This document shows, one piece after another, positions 26,296 through 36,006 of a stretch of 52,354 nucleotides of DNA. The notes beneath the pieces are model-generated. The model was not told the origin of the DNA. It ran no database searches and was given only the letters and a program-made list of their open reading frames with translations. The position numbers and the translations under genes were made by a program. This DNA is from a virus (taxonomy: Duplodnaviria > Caudoviricetes). How positions within the stretch are numbered: the first letter of the stretch is position 1; every line of letters begins with the position of its first letter. The DNA is taken from IMG/VR virus record IMGVR_UViG_3300036785_000717, positions 1 to 52,354 of that record, one strand, 5' to 3'.

Positions 26296-29200
26296 GTGGG
26301 CGGCAAGACCTCCCAGTCGAGTTCGCAAGTCTCCATACCACCTGAAGTATTGGCTCGATATAATAGCGTCAACACTCAGGCTCAGCAAGTCGCAGCGACG
26401 CCCTTCCAGCAGTACTCGACGGACCCCAACGCCTTCGTCGCGCCAGTCACGCCTGAGCAGAACACCGGGATCGGCACGATCAACCAGGCCGGCGCGAACG
26501 TGAACCCGATGTTCAACACCGCCGCCAACACGGCGGTGAACGCCTATCAGGGCGCCGTGCCGGGCCTACAGGCGGCGGGCCAGACGGGCGCGGCGGGCTT
26601 CGGGGGCGCGCAGAACTACCTCAACGCGGCGACCGGCTACACGGCGGCGGGAGGGCAGGCGGTCGATCCCTCGCAGATCACGCCAGGCGCCATCGGCCAG
26701 TACATGAACCCCTACCTGGGGACCGTGCTGGGCTCGACCGAGGCGCTGATCAACCAACAAAACCAGCAGCAGCAAGCCGGGCAGATGGGCACCGCGATCT
26801 CGTCCGGCGCCTTCGGCGGCGATCGCTCTGGCATCGCCGCTGCGGTGCTGGCGGGCCAGCAGCAGCTGGCGGCCGGGCAGACCTACTCGGGCATCACCTC
26901 GGACGCCTACAACCAGGCGCTGGCGACCGCGCAGCAGCAGCAGGGCGTCGGCCTCGCCGCCGGCCAAGCCAACCGCGCCGCGCTCCAGCAGACCGGCCAG
27001 AGCCTGGCGGGCCTCGGCGCGCAGGGGTTCGGGCAGGCGCAGACCGAGGCGCAGCTGCAGGCCGCGCTCGCGGGGCAGGGCTTCGGTATGGGGCAGACCG
27101 AGGCGCAGACCCTGGCCGGTCTGGCGCAAGGCCAGCAGCAGGCCGGACTGGCGCAAGGACAGGCGGAACTCGGCGCCGGGCAGGTTCAGCAACAGACCGA
27201 ACAGGCCGGAAAGACGGCCCTCTACAACCAGTTCCTGCAGCAGCAGTCCTACCCGTTCCAGACCGCGCAGTTCCTGGCCAACATCGCCGAGGGCACTGGA
27301 GCACTGTCGGGCTCGACCACAACTGCCATACAGCCGCAGTCGATCTTCTCCGACGAGCGCCTGAAGGAGGACATGACGCCAGTCGGCAAGGGCTTCGACG
27401 GCGCCAACATCTATCGGTTCCGCTACAAGGGCGATCCGACTTGGCGCATGGGCCTCTCCGCCCAGGAGACCGAGCGCCGGCACCCCGAGGCGGTCGCCGA
27501 GGCCCCGTCCGGCTTCAAGGCGGTGGACTATGGCCGCGCCACCCAGGAGGCCGCACACCTCGGCGGCTTCGCCAGGGCGGTCAACGACAACGACATCTAC
27601 GCAGAGCCGCAGCGCGTCGCGCGCCAGGCTGGCGGCTACCAGGGCTTCGGCGGCGTCGCCTATCCATCTGGCGTGAACCAGTTCGACCTCGCCGGGATGC
27701 TGCAGGCGCAGGAGGGGATGTACGGACCCTACGCGGAAAGCGGCCTCTACGGCGGCAAGGCCGGTGGCGCGCCGCACGGCGGTTCGAGCTACGTGCCGGC
27801 GGGCAATATGCCGATCTCGCACCTGTCCCCGGCGGCGGCGCCGAAGATGTCAAATACAAGCGCGCTGCATCAGGCCGCCCAGGCCGCCGATGATGTGAAG
27901 ACCGCTCGGGAGGGCGCCGCCACGATCAGCAAGGGCTTCAACACGATCAAGGACAAGCTGTCGGGCGAAGACACCATGGACAGCAACACCCCTGGCCATC
28001 AAGGCGAGGGGACGGTGGCTCAGGCCTCCACCGACCTCAACCAAGGCCTGAGCCAGATCGGCGGCACTACGCCGGCCGCCGACAGCAGCACCCCGCCGCC
28101 GTCCGACGACAGCACCACCCCGGCGCCGACCGACGGCGGCGAACCGCTCGGTGACTATGCCCGTGGCGGCTTCGCCCGCGCCCGGCGCCGCCAGGATGGC
28201 GGCGGCACGGACGATTTCAACTCCAACCCGCAGCCCGACGATCCCTACGACCCGCAGGGGCCCAGCCTCCACATCCCCGACACCGCGTCGAAGGTCACGC
28301 CGCTGGAGCCCGCCAAGCCGCCCAGTTCGGGAGATGGCAGCAGCAGCACGATGGGCGACCTGAAGGACATCGCCACCATCGCGAAGATGTTCATGAGGAG
28401 CGGCGGCCGGGTCGGTCGCCAGGGATACGGCGTCGGCGGATGGCTGAAGGATGTCGCCGACACCGTCGGTGGCTTTGAGGGCGGGCTCTTCAAGGACGTC
28501 ACGGGAGAGACGCCTCAACTCGCTCACGGCGGTCGCGCCGGGTTCAGGGCGGCGGCGGGCGGACGGCAGGGGTTTCAAGATGGGGGCAGCCCGGATAACC
28601 CCGATCTTGCCGGGGGGTTCTGGAACGCGGCTGGTCAGTTCGTCAGTGGCATCCCAACCGGCTTCGCGCGGGCGGCGTCCAACACCGCGAACTACGCGCC
28701 TGATCTCCCTACTGCGCCAGCGAAGGGAGCGGGCGAGATGGCTGGCTCGATTCCGGGGGTCATCGTTGGAGCGGGCGAGCAGGCGTTGAACGATGTCGGG
28801 ACGGGTCTTGCTCATGCTGGAGCCAGCTTCGGGCGTGGCCTGTTCAACCAGCCCAATCCTACTCCCGTGGCTCCCGCCAACCCGGCGGATGTGCCGGTCT
28901 CGACATTCGGACCCCCGCCGCAGCAGACAGCCGCCACCGCCGCCGCCGCTCATGCCCAAGCGGCGCAGCACCACGCGACCGTCGCGCGTCAGGCGGCGCA
29001 TCAGGCGGCAGCGGCGCCCGCTGCACCTCCTGCTGGGTTTGCAGGCGCCTCACCGTCCGCCGCCACGCCTGGCGCCGGGTTTTCGCCAGCCGCCGCCACT
29101 GCCCCGCCGCAGACTCCCGACGCCGCGATGGCCAACGCTCAAGCCGGGCAGGGGCCGGTGGACGTGGGCGCCCTCGACGCCGCCTACGGGGCCTCCGGGT

Positions 29201-30531
29201 TTGGGGCCGCCGGCAGTGGCGCGCCAGGTGCGCCCGCAGCAGCCACTGCGCCCCCCAGCGCGCCAACCGGAGGCGGCGCAGCCACGCCCAGCGGGCAGGC
29301 GCCGCAACACCACGGCGGCATCGGCAGCGCGCTCGCGGGCGCGGCCGAGGGCCTCGTCGGCTACGACCCGAAGAGCGGCAAGTTCAACACCGACCAACTG
29401 ATGCGTCTGTTCTCGGGCATCGCGGCGATGGGCGCCACGCCCACCGTGCATCCGCTGTTCGCGCTCTCCCAGGGCCTCGGCGGCTACGCCAACGCCTACT
29501 ACGGACAGCAGCAGGAGAGGGCCGAGATCGCGCGGACGGAGGCCCAGACCGGCCAGATACAGGCCGCTGGACGCGACACCGACGCCAACATCGTGGCGCG
29601 TGTCGCAGCCGCCAACGGTATCCCTGCAGGGTGGACGTTGGATAAGGGTCCCGCAACGGGAGGCGGGAGGACCATCCAGGGAGAACCGACGTCCTACAAC
29701 CCCAGCGGCATCTGGCATGCGGTGCCAGCGGCGAGCGCTCTGGGTCCGGGTTCACCGGGGTCCGCCACCTGGGCCGGCGCCACGCCTCTGACACCGGACA
29801 TCGCCTTCGACCGCTACAACCGGAACCAGGCGACCATGTCGCCGCAACAACGGCAGGACAACAGCCAGGCCATCCAGCGGACGCTCAGCGCCGGACCCCA
29901 GGCGGCCGGCAGTCTCGTCAACGATCTCGAAACGGCCGACACCGTCAGCGCCCTCAAGGACAGTCACGTCAGCGGCGACATGCTCGCCCCCATCAAGCAA
30001 CGCTACGTCAGCACCATCAACGGCATCGCCCGCATGCTCGGGGCGCCTGAACTCGCCTCCGGCGACGTTACCAATGCTCAGTTGCTGACCAAATTGCAGA
30101 CCATGGGCGCGATGGCTGATCCGGCGACGAAGGCCAGCATCGAGCATTTGCAGGCCGGCCTGATCTCCCGCCCCGGCGTCCAGCTGGACAAGGCGGCGCA
30201 GGCGGCGCTCGCCGCCCGCATTCTGGTCAACGACCGTTCCGTGATCGACTCGTCCAACACCTACCGGGACATCGGCAACAGCACGACGGTGCCCAACTCC
30301 TTCATGGCCAGCGACGCGCAGCAGGAAAACGTCCGGCGCCATGCGCCGCAGACCTACGAAACCAACGTCAACGACCTCGGCCACCTGATGCTCGACAAGC
30401 GTTGGAACACATGGCGAAGCATCATGGGCCGTGATCCGAGCGATGAAGCCAGGCAGGGCCTCGTGCAGCGTCTGGACGGCAAGTACGGCCAAGGCTTCTC
30501 GGAAAGCTATCTGAGCGGGCGGGGCATGTGA
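26296..30531 (+). CDS. Ejection/pilot protein with internal peptidase S74 domain
   Basis: MGGKTSQSS start, QYMNPY, GAFGGDR.GI, Q-rich helices; FSDERLKED...IYRFRY...GLSAQE...PEAV...VDY at 27346-27540. Confidence 0.8.
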   Translation: MGGKTSQSSSQVSIPPEVLARYNSVNTQAQQVAATPFQQYSTDPNAFVAPVTPEQNTGIGTINQAGANVNPMFNTAANTAVNAYQGAVPGLQAAGQTGAAGFGGAQNYLNAATGYTAAGGQAVDPSQITPGAIGQYMNPYLGTVLGSTEALINQQNQQQQAGQMGTAISSGAFGGDRSGIAAAVLAGQQQLAAGQTYSGITSDAYNQALATAQQQQGVGLAAGQANRAALQQTGQSLAGLGAQGFGQAQTEAQLQAALAGQGFGMGQTEAQTLAGLAQGQQQAGLAQGQAELGAGQVQQQTEQAGKTALYNQFLQQQSYPFQTAQFLANIAEGTGALSGSTTTAIQPQSIFSDERLKEDMTPVGKGFDGANIYRFRYKGDPTWRMGLSAQETERRHPEAVAEAPSGFKAVDYGRATQEAAHLGGFARAVNDNDIYAEPQRVARQAGGYQGFGGVAYPSGVNQFDLAGMLQAQEGMYGPYAESGLYGGKAGGAPHGGSSYVPAGNMPISHLSPAAAPKMSNTSALHQAAQAADDVKTAREGAATISKGFNTIKDKLSGEDTMDSNTPGHQGEGTVAQASTDLNQGLSQIGGTTPAADSSTPPPSDDSTTPAPTDGGEPLGDYARGGFARARRRQDGGGTDDFNSNPQPDDPYDPQGPSLHIPDTASKVTPLEPAKPPSSGDGSSSTMGDLKDIATIAKMFMRSGGRVGRQGYGVGGWLKDVADTVGGFEGGLFKDVTGETPQLAHGGRAGFRAAAGGRQGFQDGGSPDNPDLAGGFWNAAGQFVSGIPTGFARAASNTANYAPDLPTAPAKGAGEMAGSIPGVIVGAGEQALNDVGTGLAHAGASFGRGLFNQPNPTPVAPANPADVPVSTFGPPPQQTAATAAAAHAQAAQHHATVARQAAHQAAAAPAAPPAGFAGASPSAATPGAGFSPAAATAPPQTPDAAMANAQAGQGPVDVGALDAAYGASGFGAAGSGAPGAPAAATAPPSAPTGGGAATPSGQAPQHHGGIGSALAGAAEGLVGYDPKSGKFNTDQLMRLFSGIAAMGATPTVHPLFALSQGLGGYANAYYGQQQERAEIARTEAQTGQIQAAGRDTDANIVARVAAANGIPAGWTLDKGPATGGGRTIQGEPTSYNPSGIWHAVPAASALGPGSPGSATWAGATPLTPDIAFDRYNRNQATMSPQQRQDNSQAIQRTLSAGPQAAGSLVNDLETADTVSALKDSHVSGDMLAPIKQRYVSTINGIARMLGAPELASGDVTNAQLLTKLQTMGAMADPATKASIEHLQAGLISRPGVQLDKAAQAALAARILVNDRSVIDSSNTYRDIGNSTTVPNSFMASDAQQENVRRHAPQTYETNVNDLGHLMLDKRWNTWRSIMGRDPSDEARQGLVQRLDGKYGQGFSESYLSGRGM

Positions 30532-33398
30532 TGGCCGTCAGCCCGGAAGATCAGGCCGCTCTCGACGCCGCCGATACTCTGCCGGCGAGCCAAGGGGCGA
30601 CGCCGAATAAGCCAGGCGGTATCAGCCCGGAAGATCAAGCGGCGATCGCCGCCGTCGATGATCTGCCCCCTTCCGGCACGATGCCCGGATCGACACCGGA
30701 TGAACCAGCCCCGACACGCTCCCTGGGACCAGCGCGCCTGCACATGCAGGCTCACCAGCCGCGACAGACGCCGCCCAGCGCTCCGCCTGCGGCGCAACCC
30801 CCGCCCGCGCCCAGCTGGAGCCAGGTGCCGGGCCTCTTTGCGCAGAACATCCTGCCCAACACCGGCCAGGTGATCGGCCAGACGCTTGAGGCGCTCAAGC
30901 CGGCGAACTGGGGCCACGATGTCGGCGCCGTAAACGATCTCGCGGTCGGCGCGCTCTCGAAAGCGGGCATCTATGGCGGCTCAGCGGCTCAGAAGAAGCA
31001 GGATCAGGCGCTGCTGGACGCCGTGATCGCCGCCAAGAAGCAGCAGTGGTGGGGTCAGAACGGCGAAGGCCTGCGCCGCTCGCTCGCCTACACCCCCGCT
31101 GAGGATCTGATGGATGTCGCCACTGCGGCCAGCCTCGTTGGCGCTCCAGCTGAACTCGCGGCCAGGGCGCCGGGGATCGTTGGCGACGCCACGGCGGCCG
31201 GCGCCGACGCCATCGCGCGCGCGGCCAGAGGGGTCGAGGGGGTCACCAACCCGCTCAGCTATCCGCTGAAAGCTGCGAACCTCGCCGCTCGCGCGCCAGG
31301 CGCCGTGGTGCGCGGCGTGACCGGCGGCGCTCGCGCTGCGACGGGCGCGGCCGGCGCGGCGACGACCGCCGAAGACGCGCTACGGGCCGTCCATCCTACG
31401 GAGCCGATCCCGACCGAGATGCTCACAGGCGAGGCCGCCCCGCCTGAGGCCGCCACCCAGGTGGCGAACTCGCGCGCGACGTGGCGCGGCCACGCAGCCG
31501 ACGCGGCCACCGCCCTCACGGGCGCCGATGCGCCAGATCCCGCCGCGCTCGGTGCCGCCCTTGAGAAGCAGCAGATCGCCGCCCACAACGGCGCGATCGA
31601 CGGCTACGACACGGTCAGGCAAAACACGGGCCAGTTCGCGCCCGGTTTCGCGCCGATGCTGCACGCCGCCGTCGATGATGCGTTCAAGAAAACTGGACTG
31701 CCGCCGATCAACGGGCCGGGCGCGCTCAGCACGTTGCCGGGGACCTACGGCAAGACGCTGGACGCGATGAAGGCGATGCACGCCCAGGTCGATGACCTGG
31801 CGGCGAACAACGCCCTGACCCCGAACAACCTGATGAACGTGCGCCAGGAGATCGGCGCGGCCTACAGGGGCGCGAGCGGCTCCGACGTGAAGGGTCTGCG
31901 CACGCTGCAGGACGCGCTCGACACCCACATCACCAACATGGCCAACGCGGGCGCCTACAGCGGGGGCGACGGCGCTGCGGTCGCCGCCAGCATGCGCAAC
32001 GCCATCGACGGCATGCGCAACTACCACGAGACCTTCAACGAGGGCCCCGCCTCCACGGCGGTCGGACTGCTGAGGCGCGGCCAGGTCACAGATCCCACCG
32101 GGCGGCTGACGCCATCGGTCGCGGGAACGCAGGAGGCGGTCACCGCGAACCTGGGCAAGGGCCTGATCAACTCGAACCTGTCGACGCCCGGCACGGCTCC
32201 GCTTCTCTACAACCACCTCCAGAAGATCATGGGTGGCCCCGGCTCAGAGGGCGCGAAGACCCTCGACAATTTCGTCCGCCAGAGCGCCACCCGGACGAAC
32301 ACCGTCGGCGACCAGACCACGCTCGCCGCCAAGCCGGCGCAGATGCAGAACTTCCTGACGTCGCCGACGAGCCTGAGCGGCAAGGTCTTCACCCCCGAAG
32401 AGCACGCGCATCTCAGCAACATCGCCGCGACGGATCGACTGGCGCAGCAGGCGCCGGCACGCAGCACGCGCGGCAAAAGTTTCCTGAAGAGCCTCGTCTA
32501 TGCGGGCAGCCGCCACGCGGCCGGGGCTATCCTCGGATCGCATTTCGGGCCACCCGGCGCGTTCGCTGGCGAGCAGTTCGTCAGCCATGTCGTCGATCCG
32601 ATGATCGCGGCGCGAACCGCCGCCAAGGCGTTCAAGGGGGCGAAGCGCGCGCGCGCGTCCTTCGTCAACCCGCGTACGGTCGCCACGATGGCCAATCTGG
32701 GCTACGGCGCGACGCCGCAGTCCCCTCAGGAGCGGCAGCAGGAAGCCCAGCAGAACGACCAAGCCATCACCGCCGCCGCGCCACCCGTCGCGGACGTCGC
32801 CAAGGGCGCCGACATGGGCAAGGCGCCGCCCGCGACGCCGACCGATATCGACGCCGTCGTACGCATGGCCGCCGCCGAGGGCGACCAGACGCCGCAAGGG
32901 TGGCAGGCCGTCGCGGCGGTGATGCGCAACCGCGCCTTGCAGAGCGGCCAGGCGTTGACGGATGTCGCCGCCGAACCCCGACAGTTCGAGGCCTACGGCA
33001 ACCGGAACTACACGGCCCTGACCCCTAGCACGCCGCAGTACGCGCGGATCCTGGCGGCCATCGCCCCCGTCCTCGCCGGCAAAGTCGATCCCACCGGGGG
33101 CGCCGACAGCTACTACGCGCCGAAGCTACAGGCGCAAAAGAACCGCCCGAAGCCGGGCTGGGATGACGGCAGCGGGCAGCCGATCGGCTCGCAACTGTTC
33201 TTCCATGGGAAGTACCGCCGCCCGGAAGAGCAGGTCGCGGCCCGCGCCGCAGGCGGCCAGGTCGTCGATATGACGGAGCAGCTGATGCGACGCGCGGAAC
33301 GGGCCCAGAAGGTCGCCCAGGCGTCCACCAAGCCATTGCTTGGACTCTCGGACGATACGGTGGCTCGCGCGCTCCAAGTGGCTCAGCGAGGTTTTTGA
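30528..33398 (+). CDS. Ejection protein with C-terminal SleB-like cell wall hydrolase
   Basis: AAAE...G..AVAAVMRNR...QF...DPTGGA..YY...P.W...IG...F at about 32840-33210. Confidence 0.8.
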   Translation: MMAVSPEDQAALDAADTLPASQGATPNKPGGISPEDQAAIAAVDDLPPSGTMPGSTPDEPAPTRSLGPARLHMQAHQPRQTPPSAPPAAQPPPAPSWSQVPGLFAQNILPNTGQVIGQTLEALKPANWGHDVGAVNDLAVGALSKAGIYGGSAAQKKQDQALLDAVIAAKKQQWWGQNGEGLRRSLAYTPAEDLMDVATAASLVGAPAELAARAPGIVGDATAAGADAIARAARGVEGVTNPLSYPLKAANLAARAPGAVVRGVTGGARAATGAAGAATTAEDALRAVHPTEPIPTEMLTGEAAPPEAATQVANSRATWRGHAADAATALTGADAPDPAALGAALEKQQIAAHNGAIDGYDTVRQNTGQFAPGFAPMLHAAVDDAFKKTGLPPINGPGALSTLPGTYGKTLDAMKAMHAQVDDLAANNALTPNNLMNVRQEIGAAYRGASGSDVKGLRTLQDALDTHITNMANAGAYSGGDGAAVAASMRNAIDGMRNYHETFNEGPASTAVGLLRRGQVTDPTGRLTPSVAGTQEAVTANLGKGLINSNLSTPGTAPLLYNHLQKIMGGPGSEGAKTLDNFVRQSATRTNTVGDQTTLAAKPAQMQNFLTSPTSLSGKVFTPEEHAHLSNIAATDRLAQQAPARSTRGKSFLKSLVYAGSRHAAGAILGSHFGPPGAFAGEQFVSHVVDPMIAARTAAKAFKGAKRARASFVNPRTVATMANLGYGATPQSPQERQQEAQQNDQAITAAAPPVADVAKGADMGKAPPATPTDIDAVVRMAAAEGDQTPQGWQAVAAVMRNRALQSGQALTDVAAEPRQFEAYGNRNYTALTPSTPQYARILAAIAPVLAGKVDPTGGADSYYAPKLQAQKNRPKPGWDDGSGQPIGSQLFFHGKYRRPEEQVAARAAGGQVVDMTEQLMRRAERAQKVAQASTKPLLGLSDDTVARALQVAQRGF

Positions 33399-33409
33399 TG
33401 GGTTTCCGT

Positions 33410-33874
33410 CTAGACGTGCGCCCAACGGAACCGTCGTCGAATCTGGCTAATCGTCTCCCGGCTGACTCCGTACATCGCGCCCATCACACGGTGTGGCACA
33501 TCGAGCGGGATCGCTCGAATTTCGAGGACTTCGACCTCAGTCAGCTTCGCTTTCCCGTGATTCTCGCCGCTGAGTTGCCGTCCCTTGGCGACCTTGTCGG
33601 CCATGTTGTCTGCGTTCGTCCCCAGGAAAAGATGGTCGATGTTGCGGCATGGCGGGTTGTCGCAAGAGTGCAGCACTTGCAGTCCAGCCGGAATCGGCCC
33701 ACGCTCGCACTCCCATGTCGCGCGGTGAGCCAGCATTTCCTGGCCCCGCCACCACACTCGCCCGTAACCCCGGGTTGTGCCGCCCAACCACAATTGACAG
33801 CGGCCGGGAACGCGGGGCTCGGAGTGAAATGCGAGCGCCTCTTCAAGCGATACCTTACGAGGTCGTCTCGCCAT
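33410..33874 (-). CDS. HNH homing endonuclease
   Basis: C..W.G...GYG...AHR..W...GPIP...VLHSCDNPPC.N..HL..GT..DN..D, AKLTE plus HTH tail. Confidence 0.9.
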   Translation of the reverse strand: MARRPRKVSLEEALAFHSEPRVPGRCQLWLGGTTRGYGRVWWRGQEMLAHRATWECERGPIPAGLQVLHSCDNPPCRNIDHLFLGTNADNMADKVAKGRQLSGENHGKAKLTEVEVLEIRAIPLDVPHRVMGAMYGVSRETISQIRRRFRWAHV

Positions 33875-33919
33875 CGACCGCCTCAGAGAAGGGCTGCTGG
33901 GCTATCGATCCGACCGAGA

Positions 33920-33937
33920 CTTGACATATTTGTCAAG
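33920..33937. promoter_or_regulatory. Symmetric 18-bp operator-like site
   Basis: CTTGACA-TATT-TGTCAAG, perfect 7-bp inverted repeat between divergent genes. Confidence 0.7.
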
Positions 33938-33969
33938 TGCCACTTTACGCGGGGAGGCTGACGACCGAC

Positions 33970-34869
33970 ATGACCACCCAGAATCTCGCGCTCCAAGAAC
34001 CGGCCAACAACACCCTGAACGGAACGTGGGACACAGTAATCAACGCCAACTCCACGGTGATCGACAGCGCCCTCGGCAGCGTCGCCACGCTGAACGCGAC
34101 CGGCCTGACCGGCGTGCAGACGCTGACGCTGGCCCAGTACAGCTGCGCGAGCCTGGTGGTCACGGGCGCGCCCACGGGCAATGTCACCTACCAGCTGCCG
34201 GCGGGCGTCGGACGTTTCTTCTTCGTCAACAACACCACCACGGGCGCGTTCAGCGTCTCATTCGCCTCGGCCAGCGGCGGCGCCGTCATCGCCGTGCCGC
34301 AGGGGGCTGCGGCGGCTGTCGTGATCAACGCCAACGGCGCCCGGCTCGGCAACACGATCGCCACGGGCGCTGGCGGTGCGGCGAACCAAGTGCAGGTCAA
34401 CGCGGGCGGGGCGCTCGCAGGCGCTCCAGGCCTCGTCTACGCCCCGGCGACCAGCGGCCTGACCGTCGGAGGCCCGCTCAGCGTCAGCGGCCCTGTGGCC
34501 CTGTCTGGGGCCGTCACGACGCCATTGGACGTGCAGGCCAGCGCCGCCACCCTCACCCAGGTGCTCGCCTTCCAGACCGCCGCCATGCCGATCGACTGCA
34601 GCCGCTCGAACGTCTTCCGCGTCACGCTCACCACCAACATGAGTTCGCCCCCCGTGCTGTCGAACATGGCCGACGGTCAGTCGGTCAACATCCTCCTGCA
34701 GCAGGACGCGACCGGCAACCGCACGGCGCTCTGGCCCAGCAGCTTCAAGTGGGTGAACGGAACGCCAGGGGTGCTGTCGACGGCCCCGAACGCCCTTGAT
34801 CTGCTGGTCGCGACCTACATCGGCGGCCTGAGCGCGTGGCTGGCCGCGCTCCTGAGGGGGTTTGCGTGA
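33970..34869 (+). CDS. Tail fibre-type protein
   Basis: GTWDTVINAN...ID N-terminus; QQDATGNRT..WP...KW..G.P..LST..NA.D C-terminus. Confidence 0.75.
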   Translation: MTTQNLALQEPANNTLNGTWDTVINANSTVIDSALGSVATLNATGLTGVQTLTLAQYSCASLVVTGAPTGNVTYQLPAGVGRFFFVNNTTTGAFSVSFASASGGAVIAVPQGAAAAVVINANGARLGNTIATGAGGAANQVQVNAGGALAGAPGLVYAPATSGLTVGGPLSVSGPVALSGAVTTPLDVQASAATLTQVLAFQTAAMPIDCSRSNVFRVTLTTNMSSPPVLSNMADGQSVNILLQQDATGNRTALWPSSFKWVNGTPGVLSTAPNALDLLVATYIGGLSAWLAALLRGFA

Positions 34870-35381
34870 CGTTTGCGGCGCGCGAGGCGTTCAGCGCCGC
34901 CGTCGGCCCCGGCCCCGGCTTCGCGCCCGTCACGCACCTCTACCAGACGCCTGGGATCTACACCGAGACCGCGCCATCGGGCGCGACGAGCCTGACGCTG
35001 CAGGTCGGCGGCCCTGGCGGCGGCGGCGGTGTCGGCGGCGGCGGATCCGGCGGCTGGTGCGAGCAGACCATCCCGGTGGGCAGTGTGGGGCTGTCCTTCA
35101 CCGTCGTGGTCATGGCCGGCGGCGCGCCGGGCCAGACCGGGGCGGCCTCAAGCGTGGTCGGCGCCGGCCTCAACCTGATCGCAGGCGGCGGCGGTGGTGA
35201 CGCCAATGGCAGCGGCGGCGCAGGCGGCGTCGCCTCGGCCGGCGGCGGCATCGTCGTCTCAGGCAACCAGGGCTCTCCCACCGCAGGCGGGGCGCCCGTC
35301 ATCGGGATCATCTCAAGCGGCGCGGGGGGCGCTCCTGGCGCGGCTGGGCAGGCCGGCGCGGCGGCGTTCGCCTACAGCTGA
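34866..35381 (+). CDS. Glycine-rich fibre tip protein
   Basis: GTGA-coupled; PSG.TSL...GPGGGGG glycine-rich domain. Confidence 0.7.
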   Translation: MTFAAREAFSAAVGPGPGFAPVTHLYQTPGIYTETAPSGATSLTLQVGGPGGGGGVGGGGSGGWCEQTIPVGSVGLSFTVVVMAGGAPGQTGAASSVVGAGLNLIAGGGGGDANGSGGAGGVASAGGGIVVSGNQGSPTAGGAPVIGIISSGAGGAPGAAGQAGAAAFAYS

Positions 35382-35651
35382 TCATTCGGCGGCGCTCTGC
35401 CTCAGGTAGCGCTGGAGTTCCTCGTCCATGATCAGCACCCGCGATCTGACGCGGATCTTGTGCAGCCGGCCGGCGCGGACCTCGCGGGCGATCGTACTGA
35501 CGCCCAGACCCGTCACCTTCGCGGCTTCCTTGAACGTGTAGGCCAGCGGGCGCGGGTCAGGCTCTCGTCGTGGGTCTGGCTCCGGGGGCGGCGGGGGTTT
35601 CTCAGCCTCGATCAGGGCGGCGATGCGTTCAGCGAGGGTTTGGTCAGGCAT
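35382..35651 (-). CDS. Excisionase-like HTH protein
   Basis: AYTFKEAAKVTGLGVSTIAREVRAGRL...RVLI; divergent from the integrase. Confidence 0.8.
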   Translation of the reverse strand: MPDQTLAERIAALIEAEKPPPPPEPDPRREPDPRPLAYTFKEAAKVTGLGVSTIAREVRAGRLHKIRVRSRVLIMDEELQRYLRQSAAE

Positions 35652-35772
35652 GGTCTCGAGCCTTCCATGGCGCCCCCACATTCGGTCCCAAACTATCTAT
35701 TCATGTCAAGTGAAATTGGACCCTGTCGCCCGTCCGGCCATAGCGGTAGCATGGCGGACAGAAAAAAATTGA

Positions 35773-35989
35773 CCAGCGCGGTTTCCAGCGCATTTCCAGC
35801 GCAGAGCCTGCCAAGGAGTTGAAATTATTCAATGTTTGAGGTCATTTCCCCTCCCCCAGAGTGAAGGGAACGGGGGTTTTGGACCGCATGTGACCATGTT
35901 TTCCTCCTGTTTTCTCTTGTAAAAACAACGTCGGTGTGGTCCTTGGCGGTCAGGGGATGTCCCCCTGTTTCCAGCGCATTTCCAGCGCA
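35773..35989. repeat. Putative attP with arm-type direct repeats
   Basis: GTTTCCAGCGCATTTCCAGCGCA identical at 35781-35803 and 35967-35989, flanking an AT-richer core. Confidence 0.75.
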
Positions 35990-36006
35990 CCAAGTGAGCA
36001 TGAAAG

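Noticed and set aside
26355-26366. TATAAT near the start of the ejection gene as an internal promoter
   Set aside because: No matching -35 element at 17-bp spacing
33395-33961. 188-aa plus-strand ORF apparently coupled to the ejection gene
   Set aside because: Antisense shadow of the clear HNH gene
35781-35989. 23-bp direct repeats as a CRISPR array
   Set aside because: Only two copies about 160 bp apart, no cas genes, and the position fits integrase arm sites
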